From Cronobacter phage vB_CsaP_Ss1, in the sequence record KM058087.1: a stretch of DNA of 32,000 nucleotides; one strand, 5' to 3'. Each line of letters starts with the position of its first letter. The stretch's first letter is position 1. The notes beneath the pieces are model-generated. The model was given only the letters and a program-made list of their open reading frames with translations, had not been told where the DNA came from and ran no database searches. The position numbers were made by a program, and so were the translations under genes. Of this stretch, positions 1-9,406 are shown one piece after another.

Positions 1-1
1 C

Positions 2-1444
2 TTGATTGAAGCAGGCTTTGACAAAGAGATTGTTGATGCGCTGCCTACTGAGTCAGAAGAGTTCCGTGAGAGCAAGAACTATCGCTTCTCCATGCAGGGT
101 GAGAACATCGCTCCTTATGGTGGCAACTCAAAAGACCCGTCACAGTATACCTATGATGTGTCTGAGTGCTACATGCGCATGGACCTTGATGGCGACGGCA
201 TCGCGGAACGTGTTAAGATTACTGTGGCTGGGTTTGACAACCCAACTCACATTCTGGATATTGAAGAAGTCGAAGAGTGGCCATTCATTTCCGCTACTGC
301 TATCCTGATGAGCCACAAGCTCTTTGGTCTGTCTGTTTATGACCGACTGAAAGAAATTCAGGAACAGAAGACTGCAATCTGGCGTAACATTCTCGACAAC
401 ATGTACCTGAAAAACAACCAGCGTACTATTGCTGTTGAAGGCATGGTCAACCTTGATGACCTGCTCGTAAGCCGCCCAGGGGGTATCATTCGTGCGAAGC
501 GTACTGATGCGGTTGCTCCATATGTTACTCCTGACCTTGGCTCTGATGTCTACCGTATGGTTGATTATCTGGACCAAGTTCGTGCTGGTCGAGTCGGTGT
601 TTCTCCTGAAGGTTCTATCGCTGATCAGTCGATTGGTGATGCTGTTGGTTCTGAAGGCGTCGAACGCCTCCTGACCCAAAAGGAAGAGCTGGTTGGCTTG
701 ATGGTTCGTGTGTTTGCTGAAACCGGCATCAAGCCGCTGATGCAAATGATTCGTAAGCTGTTGATGAAACACATCGACGCTACAGTAGATTATGAATACC
801 ACGACGAGTGGGTTCAGGTTGCTCCTAAGAACTGGTTCCAGCGGAATCGCACTACAGTGCGCGTTGGTACTGGCTCTGGCAACCGCCAACAACAAGCATC
901 TGCGTTGACGGCAGTTCTTGGCTACCAAGAGAAGCTATTGGCCAATCCTGGACAGGCACTGGTGACCGAAGCTAACGTGTTCACTGCACTTGACGACCTG
1001 GCCAAAGTCTCTGGTATGCCTGGAGCTGGAGCATACTTCTTAGACCCTGACTCTCCAGCAGGGAAAGAGAACAAGCAGAGAGTTGATGCTAACATGCAGC
1101 AACAACAGCAGAAGGAACTGCAAGAGGCGCAGATGCTTGCCCAAACAAATGCCAAGATTGCTGAGGCTGAGCAAGGTAAAGCTCAGGCAGCTCTTGCTAA
1201 TGTTAAACTTACTGCTGAGAACAAGCAGCTTCAAATGCAGCTTGATGCAATTAAGAACAGCAGCGATAATGAGATTAAACAGCTTCAGCAGCAACTTGCT
1301 GAAGCACAGGCTCTGTCTAATGCTAATCACAAAGATAAAGAGCTGGAGTTCCGCTACTATGACTCTGATCAGCGCGCTGCCATTGAACGTGAGCGCATTG
1401 CTATGCAGGGTCAGAAACAAACCAAGCAAAATACTGGAGAGTAA
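2..1444 (+). CDS. portal protein (5'-truncated by the window)
   Basis: Long ORF directly upstream of scaffold and major capsid genes; portal-like sequence with Gln-rich coiled-coil C-terminus. Confidence 0.75.
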   Translation: MIEAGFDKEIVDALPTESEEFRESKNYRFSMQGENIAPYGGNSKDPSQYTYDVSECYMRMDLDGDGIAERVKITVAGFDNPTHILDIEEVEEWPFISATAILMSHKLFGLSVYDRLKEIQEQKTAIWRNILDNMYLKNNQRTIAVEGMVNLDDLLVSRPGGIIRAKRTDAVAPYVTPDLGSDVYRMVDYLDQVRAGRVGVSPEGSIADQSIGDAVGSEGVERLLTQKEELVGLMVRVFAETGIKPLMQMIRKLLMKHIDATVDYEYHDEWVQVAPKNWFQRNRTTVRVGTGSGNRQQQASALTAVLGYQEKLLANPGQALVTEANVFTALDDLAKVSGMPGAGAYFLDPDSPAGKENKQRVDANMQQQQQKELQEAQMLAQTNAKIAEAEQGKAQAALANVKLTAENKQLQMQLDAIKNSSDNEIKQLQQQLAEAQALSNANHKDKELEFRYYDSDQRAAIERERIAMQGQKQTKQNTGE

Positions 1445-1447
1445 ATT

Positions 1448-1711
1448 ATGCTTGATCCTGAACAGGCAAAGCTTGAAGCAGAAGTAGCAAAAGGTGATGA
1501 GTACCAACGTGTGTTCCAATCATATGTTGGTCCATTCATTGAAGCAAAACGGCAGGTGCTCTTTGAAGCTTTTCAGGAAGTCTCTGTAAGCAACATTGAT
1601 CAACTTAAAGATATTAAACTGCAGCTAACAGCGATTAACTCGCTTGAGGCTCACTTCCAAGAGTTTATGAACACTGGTAAACTCGCTAAGAAGCAACTTG
1701 AGAAGGAATAA
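1448..1711 (+). CDS. small hypothetical protein between portal and scaffold
   Basis: 87 aa ORF packed between neighbours with near-zero gaps. Confidence 0.7.
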   Translation: MLDPEQAKLEAEVAKGDEYQRVFQSYVGPFIEAKRQVLFEAFQEVSVSNIDQLKDIKLQLTAINSLEAHFQEFMNTGKLAKKQLEKE

Positions 1712-1714
1712 GGT

Positions 1715-2821
1715 ATGAACCGATTTTTTGCTACCTTTATGCGCGCGTACCAATCGCCAGAAACTGGCGGTGAAGGTGCTGCAGGCGGTGGGGCGCTGGA
1801 CATCGAGTCTCGTATCAGTGCCGTGTTATCCGGCAACGAGGGCGACGACATTGATGAGCAAGGCGGTGAGCAAGGCGGCCATCAGGAAGAGGAAGAAGAA
1901 GAACTCGACCCTGAAGACCCAACCAAGCAATCCAAACCAAAGCCAGAAGATGACGACGCTGCTGGTGAAGATGACGACCAGACTTTGGCTGCTGCACTTG
2001 GCCTGCCTGAAGACGCATTGGAATATGACGACGAGGGAAATGTTGTCTTCAATGCAGTAATTGATGGCGAGAGCAAAAAGGTCACGATGCAGGATTTGGT
2101 CAAGTCATACCAGCTTGAAGGTCATGTGACTAAAAAGTCCATGAAGCTGGAATCTGATCGCCGTGAGTTTGAATCGACTCGCGACCAGGCATATGACCAC
2201 CTCACCAAAAAGATTACTGCTGCCAACAACCTGATTGGTGCCGTTGAACAGCAGTTGATGGGTGAGCTTCAGAATATTGATTGGGACACTCTCCGGGCAA
2301 CTGACCCAGGTGAGTGGGCGGCCACCCGACAGTATTATACTGAACGTGTGCAATGGTTGGAGTCGATTAAGGCTCAAACTGGTGCTGCTAAGCAGGAGCT
2401 GACTGCAGAGCAACAAAAAGCTCAGCAAGAGCAGTATAATGCTTTCATGCAGGGTGAAGTCCAGAAGATGATTCAGGATAACCCAGCGTGGAAAGACCAG
2501 GCCGTAATGGCGAAAGAAGTTGGGGAAGTAGGCAAGTTCCTTGTTGATAAGTACGGATTCACACCTGATGAAATTGCTAACCACATGGACGCGCGTATGA
2601 TGCGTATGGTTCGTGATGCTATGCAGTTTGCTAACGGGAAAGATACCCTGAAAACCAAAAAGGTTCCTGACAATGTTCCCAAGTTCAGAACGCCTGGGCA
2701 ACAAAATGCAAACCGTCGTGACACGACCAAAGCTCGTCAAGTGAAGGCTCAGAAAGAAGCCATTCGCAAATCTGGCGGCTCGGTCGATGCTATTGCGGCA
2801 TCCCTCGTTGATCGTATGTAA
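1715..2821 (+). CDS. putative scaffolding / capsid assembly protein
   Basis: 368 aa, strongly acidic N-terminal half, Gln/Lys-rich helical C-terminal half, immediately upstream of major capsid gene. Confidence 0.7.
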   Translation: MNRFFATFMRAYQSPETGGEGAAGGGALDIESRISAVLSGNEGDDIDEQGGEQGGHQEEEEEELDPEDPTKQSKPKPEDDDAAGEDDDQTLAAALGLPEDALEYDDEGNVVFNAVIDGESKKVTMQDLVKSYQLEGHVTKKSMKLESDRREFESTRDQAYDHLTKKITAANNLIGAVEQQLMGELQNIDWDTLRATDPGEWAATRQYYTERVQWLESIKAQTGAAKQELTAEQQKAQQEQYNAFMQGEVQKMIQDNPAWKDQAVMAKEVGEVGKFLVDKYGFTPDEIANHMDARMMRMVRDAMQFANGKDTLKTKKVPDNVPKFRTPGQQNANRRDTTKARQVKAQKEAIRKSGGSVDAIAASLVDRM

Positions 2822-2833
2822 GGATATTAAATC

Positions 2834-3796
2834 ATGGCACAACATGTAGGCGCAAAATCCTCCTACCAGGAACCGATTGGGACTGGTGGTAACCGCGAAG
2901 ACCTGTCAGACATTCTGTATGACGTGTCTCCGACTGACACCCCGTTCCTGACGCTGGCCAAAAAAGGCACAGCCAAAGGTACCAACCACGAGTGGCTGAC
3001 TGATGCCCTGAACCCACCGGTTGCTAACGCCGTGGTTGAAGGTAACGATGCTACCATCGTTAAAGCTGGCTCTCGCGTTCGTCTGGGCAACTACACCCAG
3101 ATTCTCGAAAAATCTGCGTCTGTGACTGGTACGCAGGAGAAAGCGGATAAAGCAGCAGTTAAGTCTGAAATGGCTTATCAGGTTGCTCGTCGCATGAAAG
3201 AAATCAAGCGTGACCTGGAAGCGGCACTGGTAGGTACTACTGGTGGTGCGAAGGTAGCTGGTTCTGATACTGTGGCGCGTAAAGCTGGTAACCTGAAGTC
3301 TTACCTGACTACTGACTCCTGGCAGGGCGGCGCTACTGGCGTAGCACCTACTGGTAACGGCCTGACTGCAGCTACCCCTGGTACTGCTCGTCCGTTCACT
3401 GAAGCTCTGCTGACCGCAGCGCTGCAGAAACTGTGGACCAACTCTGGTGGTTCTGAAAACATCGCTGCGCTGATGGGTGCGGTTGTTCGTGGTAAGTTCT
3501 CTGGCCTGCAGTCTACTGCGACCCGTTATGTGACCACTGACGACGCCCGCCTGCAGTCTTCCATCGACGTGTATGACGGTGACTTCCATACCGTTACCGC
3601 GATGCCTGACCGCTACTCTGATCCAGGCGCGCTGTTCCTGATTGATAAGGACTACGTCAGCATTGATGACTTCCGTCCTATCTTCAGTCATGATTTGGCG
3701 GTTACCGGTGATTCGCAGTCTAAGCAAATCATCTGGGAAACCACCCTGAAGGTCGGTAACCCGCTGGCGCACTACTGCATTGATGCGCTGAGCTAA
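2834..3796 (+). CDS. major capsid protein (DUF5309/SU10-like)
   Basis: 320 aa; sequence 'SPTDTPFLTLAKKGTAKGTNHEWLTDAL...EKSASVTGTQEKADKA' resembles the DUF5309 capsid family; followed by a strong terminator. Confidence 0.85.
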   Translation: MAQHVGAKSSYQEPIGTGGNREDLSDILYDVSPTDTPFLTLAKKGTAKGTNHEWLTDALNPPVANAVVEGNDATIVKAGSRVRLGNYTQILEKSASVTGTQEKADKAAVKSEMAYQVARRMKEIKRDLEAALVGTTGGAKVAGSDTVARKAGNLKSYLTTDSWQGGATGVAPTGNGLTAATPGTARPFTEALLTAALQKLWTNSGGSENIAALMGAVVRGKFSGLQSTATRYVTTDDARLQSSIDVYDGDFHTVTAMPDRYSDPGALFLIDKDYVSIDDFRPIFSHDLAVTGDSQSKQIIWETTLKVGNPLAHYCIDALS

Positions 3797-3830
3797 TAGA
3801 GCCACCCTAGAAGTTAGGACGCTCATTTTA

Positions 3831-3868
3831 CCCACTAGGCTCTTGCTGGCCTAGTGGGTTTATTTTTG
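3831..3868 (+). terminator. intrinsic terminator after major capsid gene
   Basis: Perfect 10-bp stem CCCACTAGGC / GCCTAGTGGG, 8-nt loop, then TTTATTTTTG. Confidence 0.85.
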
Positions 3869-3891
3869 GTTTACATTCTGGAGAGAATAAA

Positions 3892-4269
3892 ATGACAATG
3901 ACACTTATCAAACGCGAACTCAACCCACACATTGGTGGCATTGAAGAGTTCTGGCACGACAGCGAAACTGGTCAAGTGGTTATCAAGAAAGTTGCTGATA
4001 TTGAAAAGACTATGGACATGGTCAAGGAAATGCATAATCAGCATACTGGGCGCCCAAACTATTCAGACAGCCAAGGCCAGCATTTGGTTGCTCGTATTCC
4101 GCTTGTTGTAGTTGACTTGTGGAAAGAGCAGGGCTTTGACTGGTTCCAATCAACAGATAAAGAACGTCGCGCATGGTTAGACAGACCTGAGAATGCAGTG
4201 TTCAAAACTCGTCCAGGTAAGCTCAATGGCGTGACCAACCGAAATGCGTTGACCACTAAGAGAAGCTAA
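3892..4269 (+). CDS. hypothetical virion-module protein
   Basis: 125 aa ORF between capsid and adaptor genes. Confidence 0.7.
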   Translation: MTMTLIKRELNPHIGGIEEFWHDSETGQVVIKKVADIEKTMDMVKEMHNQHTGRPNYSDSQGQHLVARIPLVVVDLWKEQGFDWFQSTDKERRAWLDRPENAVFKTRPGKLNGVTNRNALTTKRS

Positions 4270-4270
4270 C

Positions 4271-4909
4271 ATGGACTATCAAGAGCTTGCTGATGCCGCA
4301 AGAGCTTATGCTGATAGGAATGACATTGAGGTTGACAACAACATTGATGTCTTCTTCATCATGGCTGAGTCTCGTATCAACCGTGTTCTGAAGGTTTCCA
4401 AACAGTCGCATCGTGTCTATACACGTTCGATTGAAGGGCAAGAGTATTATGCTCTGCCTCCTGATTATAATGGCATGCGTGCTATTCAGTTTAACACTGG
4501 ACAGCCTGATGACGATGCCAATGGCTCTTCTACCAAGACCATGACGTTCATAACGCCGAACATGATGGCGGAATATCAGTCTGGTAATGTTGAGCCAGAG
4601 AAGTATTACTACACTATCGTAAGTGGCCAGATTCAGGTATTCCCTACTCTGCCTCACGCTGGTACGATAGAGATTATCCACTATCGTCGCTTGATTCATT
4701 TAAGCAAAGACAACACAACCAACTGGATGTCTAATGATCACCCTGACATCTACCTGTCTGGCTTGATTTGTGAGATTGAATCGTTTGTCAAGAACTATGA
4801 TGCTGCTCAGCTGTGGGACCAGAAGATGACCCGCATGATTGAAGAGCTTCGCACTGACAACGAAGAAAGTCTCTGGGCTGGTAATACGCTGACTGTGAGG
4901 CTCGGATAA
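4271..4909 (+). CDS. putative head-tail adaptor / tail tubular-like protein
   Basis: 212 aa; 'MDYQELADAARAYADRNDIEVDNNIDVFFIMAESRINRVLK' resembles podovirus adaptor proteins; position downstream of capsid. Confidence 0.55.
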   Translation: MDYQELADAARAYADRNDIEVDNNIDVFFIMAESRINRVLKVSKQSHRVYTRSIEGQEYYALPPDYNGMRAIQFNTGQPDDDANGSSTKTMTFITPNMMAEYQSGNVEPEKYYYTIVSGQIQVFPTLPHAGTIEIIHYRRLIHLSKDNTTNWMSNDHPDIYLSGLICEIESFVKNYDAAQLWDQKMTRMIEELRTDNEESLWAGNTLTVRLG

Positions 4910-5964
4910 TGGCAAGACCAAAGGCTGCTAACTGGGTTGCTGAAGCAACCACTACTTCAGGTACGGGTGACATTACCCTCGCAGGGCCACTGGAAGGCTT
5001 TGCTCAGTTTAAGGTAATGGCTGATGGCCTTATCTACTACACTCTGCAGGATGGTGTTGACAAAGAGTGTGGCGTCGGCACGCTGAAAGAGAGCGGAACC
5101 AAAATCAGCCGTGATCAGGTTCTGGCGTCATTCGTTGGCGGAGTGTATGCAGCGCCTGGGCAGAAGCTTGACCTGTCTGGTTATGCTGAGTGCTACTGTA
5201 CTGTAAACGCCGACCTGTTCAACTCAATGAATGATGCTCTGGCAAAGCTCGATGGTATTGAAGACGGCGCTACTGCTGATCAGAATGCCAACGAAGTTCC
5301 AGCTGGTCAGAACTGGTTGTTCAAATCTGCTAATGTGCAGTCGCAGCTTCTTGAAGCAGCTGATGATATTGCTCTGTACTCAGCAGGCGCTACTCAGGGT
5401 ACTGACCCTGACAAATTCGTTCTTTTACAAGCTGGTAAAATCTTTAGCGGCGCTGTAGGCTTTGTTAACCCTGCAGACATGTCCGTATATCGTACCGTAG
5501 CGCCCGTAAGCGGTACTATAGTTTCCTTTACCTTCCCTACCCCCGATAGCGCCTCAATCGTTACTACAAGCCCTACGGCGACGATTACGGCAGCTCGTAG
5601 TATCATGGCTACACAGGACTGGGTAAATGGCAGAGAATCAAAAGTTCAAACTATCAACGCTGGTGCTGCTGTTACTATTGCTTCAGACCAGGCCTTCACC
5701 TTTGACATCACTCTCAATCAGGCTAACACCTCGTTGGGTCTTACAGCAAATGGTGAAACAGTTAATACCCAGCGTGAGATTATTGTAATCTTACGTCAAG
5801 GCACTGGTGCTAACAAAGTGTCTTGGCCAACCAACATTGACTGGTCTTATGACTCTGAGCCTGTTCTGGCATTCCAGCAGGGCAAGTATGACAAGTTCCA
5901 GCTTGTCAAGATTCAGGGTCAGGCAAACTGGTCAGGCTCTGTAATAGGTGGTCATTATGGGTAA
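4909..5964 (+). CDS. putative tail fibre / virion-associated protein
   Basis: 351 aa, beta-rich sequence, ATG overlaps the previous stop. Confidence 0.5.
   Translation: MARPKAANWVAEATTTSGTGDITLAGPLEGFAQFKVMADGLIYYTLQDGVDKECGVGTLKESGTKISRDQVLASFVGGVYAAPGQKLDLSGYAECYCTVNADLFNSMNDALAKLDGIEDGATADQNANEVPAGQNWLFKSANVQSQLLEAADDIALYSAGATQGTDPDKFVLLQAGKIFSGAVGFVNPADMSVYRTVAPVSGTIVSFTFPTPDSASIVTTSPTATITAARSIMATQDWVNGRESKVQTINAGAAVTIASDQAFTFDITLNQANTSLGLTANGETVNTQREIIVILRQGTGANKVSWPTNIDWSYDSEPVLAFQQGKYDKFQLVKIQGQANWSGSVIGGHYG
5482..5603. other. CA/TG-depleted island 1 (inside tail-protein CDS)
   Basis: 122 bp with 3 CA and 0 TG by eye; uninterrupted CA/TG-free run 5482-5554 (73 bp). Confidence 0.7.
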
Positions 5965-8728
5965 GATTCACAATCAGCCTTCAATGGACTCTACTGTTGG
6001 CAATGCCAAGAGTCTGATTGAAGGCCATCACCAATTTCTGCTCAGGAACACTGGGCAGACTAATGACCCTAAGGTGCAGCACTATGTGTTAAATGATGAA
6101 GGCATTCTGTCTAACAACAGACACTTCATCGCTGATACTTATATGGAGTATCAGCCAAATGGTGATGCTACAACTGAAGGTCAGAGCTTGCTCATCATTG
6201 GTTTTTGCTATGCCTATATGGCAACCAAGAACCAGAAGTATCTCGATTTGGCAATCAAGTATTTTGATGCCTATGTAGCGTACTTCTATGCAGGCCAGCC
6301 AATTCCAGACACCCCTCGTCGCTGGATTTGCAACTGGCTGTGTAATGGCAAAGAGCCAACTCTTGCCCATTACCCTTTGGACTATGCATTCCCAACTCAC
6401 TCAGGTTTCAAAACTGTTGAGTTGAATTATGTGAATGGAGTCACTCAGGTTCCTCACGGTGCACCTTACTTTGGGGAGTACATCGACGTTGCATATAAGG
6501 CGTATGATGGTGCACTGGGCTGGGATTCTATGGTTGCTACTGTGTACGGGATTCTTCCTGATGGCAGTACTGACTGGGATAATATGGGCGTTGAGTATCC
6601 TGTTGACTGGGTAGTTGTACGCACTGGTGATAAGATTGACTGGGATGGGAATGTTATCTCTCATAACCCTACTGAGCCAATCGGAACCATCAAGCTGAAG
6701 AACACTACTGTTAACGGGCTGCACAAAACAACATTTGCTCCGAAGGTTCCAGTTGAGCTGGGTGGTTACATGTTACAGCGGAATGAAGTATGGCACAACC
6801 GCCCTGCTCATGTTCCGCTTCCTGGCTCATACAACCAAATGGGTAACGCAGCTGATGCTGAGCTGTGGTTCTATGAAGCTTGCTATCTGCTCTTTAACAT
6901 TACTGGCGAACAGAAATATAAGAAGGCAATGGATGCCACTCTGTTTACTTCTACTGAGTACTCAGATATTGATGCTGCTGATATGTTCTTCCGTCAGAGC
7001 ACTGCAGCCAATACGCCATGGACTGATGGCATAGCATATGACTACAGCTACCCAAATGGCATGTATCATATCTATAATCGCGACCAGGCTGGCTATATTG
7101 ATATTCAGGCTGCTGATGGCACTCTGGATATTGAGCAGCAAGCGATTGCCTACAAAGTCGATTATGACAAGGCAATATGTGAAATCAACACTGGCGCTTT
7201 TGGTGAGCAAGGTAAGCCTGTTAGCGTGACTGCTAAGCTGCAAATGTCTGCTAACAAGACTGACCCTGCGCCTGATACCTATGTGTATGGGTTTGCTGAT
7301 TTCTATAATGTTGCACCTGTTCTGTATCTGATACCAATCAACAAGTTTGTTAAGCTGCTTCCTGACACTCGTCTGTCTGATATGCGCCGCTTCACAGACT
7401 ATGGTGACATTCAGTATGGCATGGTGTTCTACTCCAATGTTATTGATGGTCGTGACATGGGTGCTGTTCATTGTACCTATGGAGCAGGAGCAGCGGAGTT
7501 AACATTTGGCTTCTGGATTGATACTCCTGAGAACAGTGACATTACGTCTGTGACATATAAGGCTAGTGAAGCGTTCAACCTGCGTATCGAAGACAATGAT
7601 GGCTGGCGCTGGTATTGGTTGTTACCTGCTCAGGCTGACTTTGTTACATTGGCTCTGCCTCGTAGCTCGATGATTCTGTCAAGCTATCAGCCGAACCATC
7701 CAGAGACTGACCCACGTCCTACTACGCCAAACTGGACGACTGTTACACAGTGTGGATTCCTGCGTGACGACGATTCAGCGGGAACAGCAACGCTTGATGT
7801 GTATTGCTTGAACTCTCTGCCAACTCGTTTCAATGGAACTGACTTCTACACTATTAAGTTCACGCTGGAAGCTAAGTGTGATGCTTACTTTAGCTGGAAG
7901 GTTGGCAACTGTAAGATTAACAACTATGACCTTGGCTCCCTGAACTATACACCTGGTGTCATACCGTTCTCGAACATCTATACAGAAGGCAGCCCTTCTA
8001 TGGATGGTTGGCACGGCTTGCCTTACCCTGGTTATCAGTCTCCGCTGATTTATGTTCATAGTAATGACACCCAGCGAATGGACAACATGATTGACTTCAT
8101 GTATGATTCTCAGGTTGCCTATACTGCTAAGTTTGGCATTACTGGCCCAGGGATGTCAGCGTACATTTGGGACAGATGGGACGCTGTTAAGTATGGTCCA
8201 CCTAACACTTGGACTATGTATCACTGGGGTGATGGGCATGCTTGGGATGGATACCAGCCACGTGCTTATTACTGGGCTGTGCGTGCGCTGTATGAGCTGG
8301 TTAAGTTGGGCAAGACGCCTAACCCTAAACTGGTGACTTACGTTAATAACTGGACGACTTGGCTTGTTGGTTACTTTGATCAGTATCAAATGACTCCAAC
8401 GAACTTCCCATCAGAGTCTGTACCAGTGCCATTGCCTAATGACTTCACTGGGCATATGTGCGGCTTGTGGCTGGGTGGCGCTTGCCTCTCTGCTATGAGC
8501 GGATATAAGCCTTCTGGTATTGAGCGACTGATTGAGGGGGCATTCAAAGAGCTAATTGATAATTATGCAGTAACTACTCCTGACCAAGTAATGAATGGAG
8601 CTTGGTCGCCTGGTCTACGACTTGGCACTGATAATGGTATGTTCTTTGGCTTCTGGGCTGGCGAGATATTGAAGGGATTGGGCTTGTATATCATGTATAA
8701 AGAGGGGGCTGATTTTGACTGGTTCTGA
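5957..8728 (+). CDS. large tail-associated protein, candidate glycan-acting (alpha/alpha-toroid-like) tailspike or depolymerase
   Basis: About 923 aa from ATG 5957 (GTG 5948 is the ORF-track start); aromatic- and Trp-rich helical repeats ('WNYLDLAIKYFDAY'-type segments, 'TDGIAYDYSYPNGMYHIYNRDQAGYIDIQA'); located in the tail module. Function inferred only. Confidence 0.45.
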   Translation: MGKIHNQPSMDSTVGNAKSLIEGHHQFLLRNTGQTNDPKVQHYVLNDEGILSNNRHFIADTYMEYQPNGDATTEGQSLLIIGFCYAYMATKNQKYLDLAIKYFDAYVAYFYAGQPIPDTPRRWICNWLCNGKEPTLAHYPLDYAFPTHSGFKTVELNYVNGVTQVPHGAPYFGEYIDVAYKAYDGALGWDSMVATVYGILPDGSTDWDNMGVEYPVDWVVVRTGDKIDWDGNVISHNPTEPIGTIKLKNTTVNGLHKTTFAPKVPVELGGYMLQRNEVWHNRPAHVPLPGSYNQMGNAADAELWFYEACYLLFNITGEQKYKKAMDATLFTSTEYSDIDAADMFFRQSTAANTPWTDGIAYDYSYPNGMYHIYNRDQAGYIDIQAADGTLDIEQQAIAYKVDYDKAICEINTGAFGEQGKPVSVTAKLQMSANKTDPAPDTYVYGFADFYNVAPVLYLIPINKFVKLLPDTRLSDMRRFTDYGDIQYGMVFYSNVIDGRDMGAVHCTYGAGAAELTFGFWIDTPENSDITSVTYKASEAFNLRIEDNDGWRWYWLLPAQADFVTLALPRSSMILSSYQPNHPETDPRPTTPNWTTVTQCGFLRDDDSAGTATLDVYCLNSLPTRFNGTDFYTIKFTLEAKCDAYFSWKVGNCKINNYDLGSLNYTPGVIPFSNIYTEGSPSMDGWHGLPYPGYQSPLIYVHSNDTQRMDNMIDFMYDSQVAYTAKFGITGPGMSAYIWDRWDAVKYGPPNTWTMYHWGDGHAWDGYQPRAYYWAVRALYELVKLGKTPNPKLVTYVNNWTTWLVGYFDQYQMTPTNFPSESVPVPLPNDFTGHMCGLWLGGACLSAMSGYKPSGIERLIEGAFKELIDNYAVTTPDQVMNGAWSPGLRLGTDNGMFFGFWAGEILKGLGLYIMYKEGADFDWF

Positions 8729-9017
8729 TCAGAAGTTCTGGATTGGAATAGCATCAGCGTTCATTCTGCCGACATTAGCATATGTCTATACTCAGGGTAT
8801 GACCGCTCAGAGTATAGACTCGCTGGCAAAGAGCGTTGACAAATTCCAGACGAGCGTCGATGCAGCAAACACTCGATTGGCTAACGTCGAACGTGATAAC
8901 TCCAACAACGCGCTGGCGATTGTCCAAGCAAACAAACATTTGGACCAGATTGACCAAGTGCTTGAAAAGCATGGGGAGCGCCTAATTGTAATTGAGACTA
9001 AAACAAGGGTAAGATAA
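8715..9017 (+). CDS. small membrane-anchored coiled-coil protein (spanin/holin-module candidate)
   Basis: 100 aa, N-terminal hydrophobic segment 'WIGIASAFILPTLAYVYT' followed by coiled-coil-like region. Confidence 0.5.
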   Translation: MTGSDQKFWIGIASAFILPTLAYVYTQGMTAQSIDSLAKSVDKFQTSVDAANTRLANVERDNSNNALAIVQANKHLDQIDQVLEKHGERLIVIETKTRVR

Positions 9018-9232
9018 TGCCAGCAATTCTTTCTGTGTTAGGCAAGGCCACAGTTGCCTTTCTGATAAAACTGATCATGTCTTTGGCCACTGAGAAGTTT
9101 ATCGCATGGTTGTTCTTCTACATCGGAGAACAGATTGTTAAGTCCACCAAGACTGATCATGATGATCTGTTCTTGGTTAAGATTAAGGAGGCTTACAATG
9201 GCTCTTCCTCCAGCAAAGACGCCGCTGGGTGA
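9017..9232 (+). CDS. small membrane protein (holin-like candidate)
   Basis: 71 aa with hydrophobic helix; translationally coupled to neighbours. Confidence 0.45.
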   Translation: MPAILSVLGKATVAFLIKLIMSLATEKFIAWLFFYIGEQIVKSTKTDHDDLFLVKIKEAYNGSSSSKDAAG

Positions 9233-9404
9233 TTATAAGCCATATCTATCCATCGTCGGTGCTACTATGTTTGGGATTGGTATCTTCTCTCTGATTCCCA
9301 AATCAGTAGCCGGACGGTGGGTAGAGAAGGCTGACTCATACAGCATTTGGAACGAAAAACGTCCAAGTGGCAGTAGCATCGAATACGTCAATAAGGAAAG
9401 ATAA
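9198..9404 (+). CDS. small membrane protein
   Basis: 68 aa from ATG 9198, preceded by AAGGAGG; hydrophobic 'YLSIVGATMFGIGIFSLI'; overlaps previous ORF by about 35 bp. Confidence 0.55.
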   Translation: MALPPAKTPLGDYKPYLSIVGATMFGIGIFSLIPKSVAGRWVEKADSYSIWNEKRPSGSSIEYVNKER

Positions 9405-9406
9405 TC

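Noticed and set aside
140-928. 262-aa antisense ORF over the portal gene
   Set aside because: Antisense shadow of a conserved gene with no independent support.
1079-1400. Gln/Ala-rich repetitive region at portal C-terminus
   Set aside because: Common coiled-coil tail of podovirus portals; not a tandem DNA repeat of interest.
2105-3835. Long antisense ORFs (246 aa at 2105-2845 and 309 aa at 2906-3835, minus strand)
   Set aside because: They lie opposite clear scaffold and capsid genes in the rightward block and have low-information sequence; best explained as antisense frames created by coding bias.
3797-3891. Possible further CA/TG-poor island after the capsid gene
   Set aside because: Only moderate depletion with several CA/TG present; explained by the terminator sequence.
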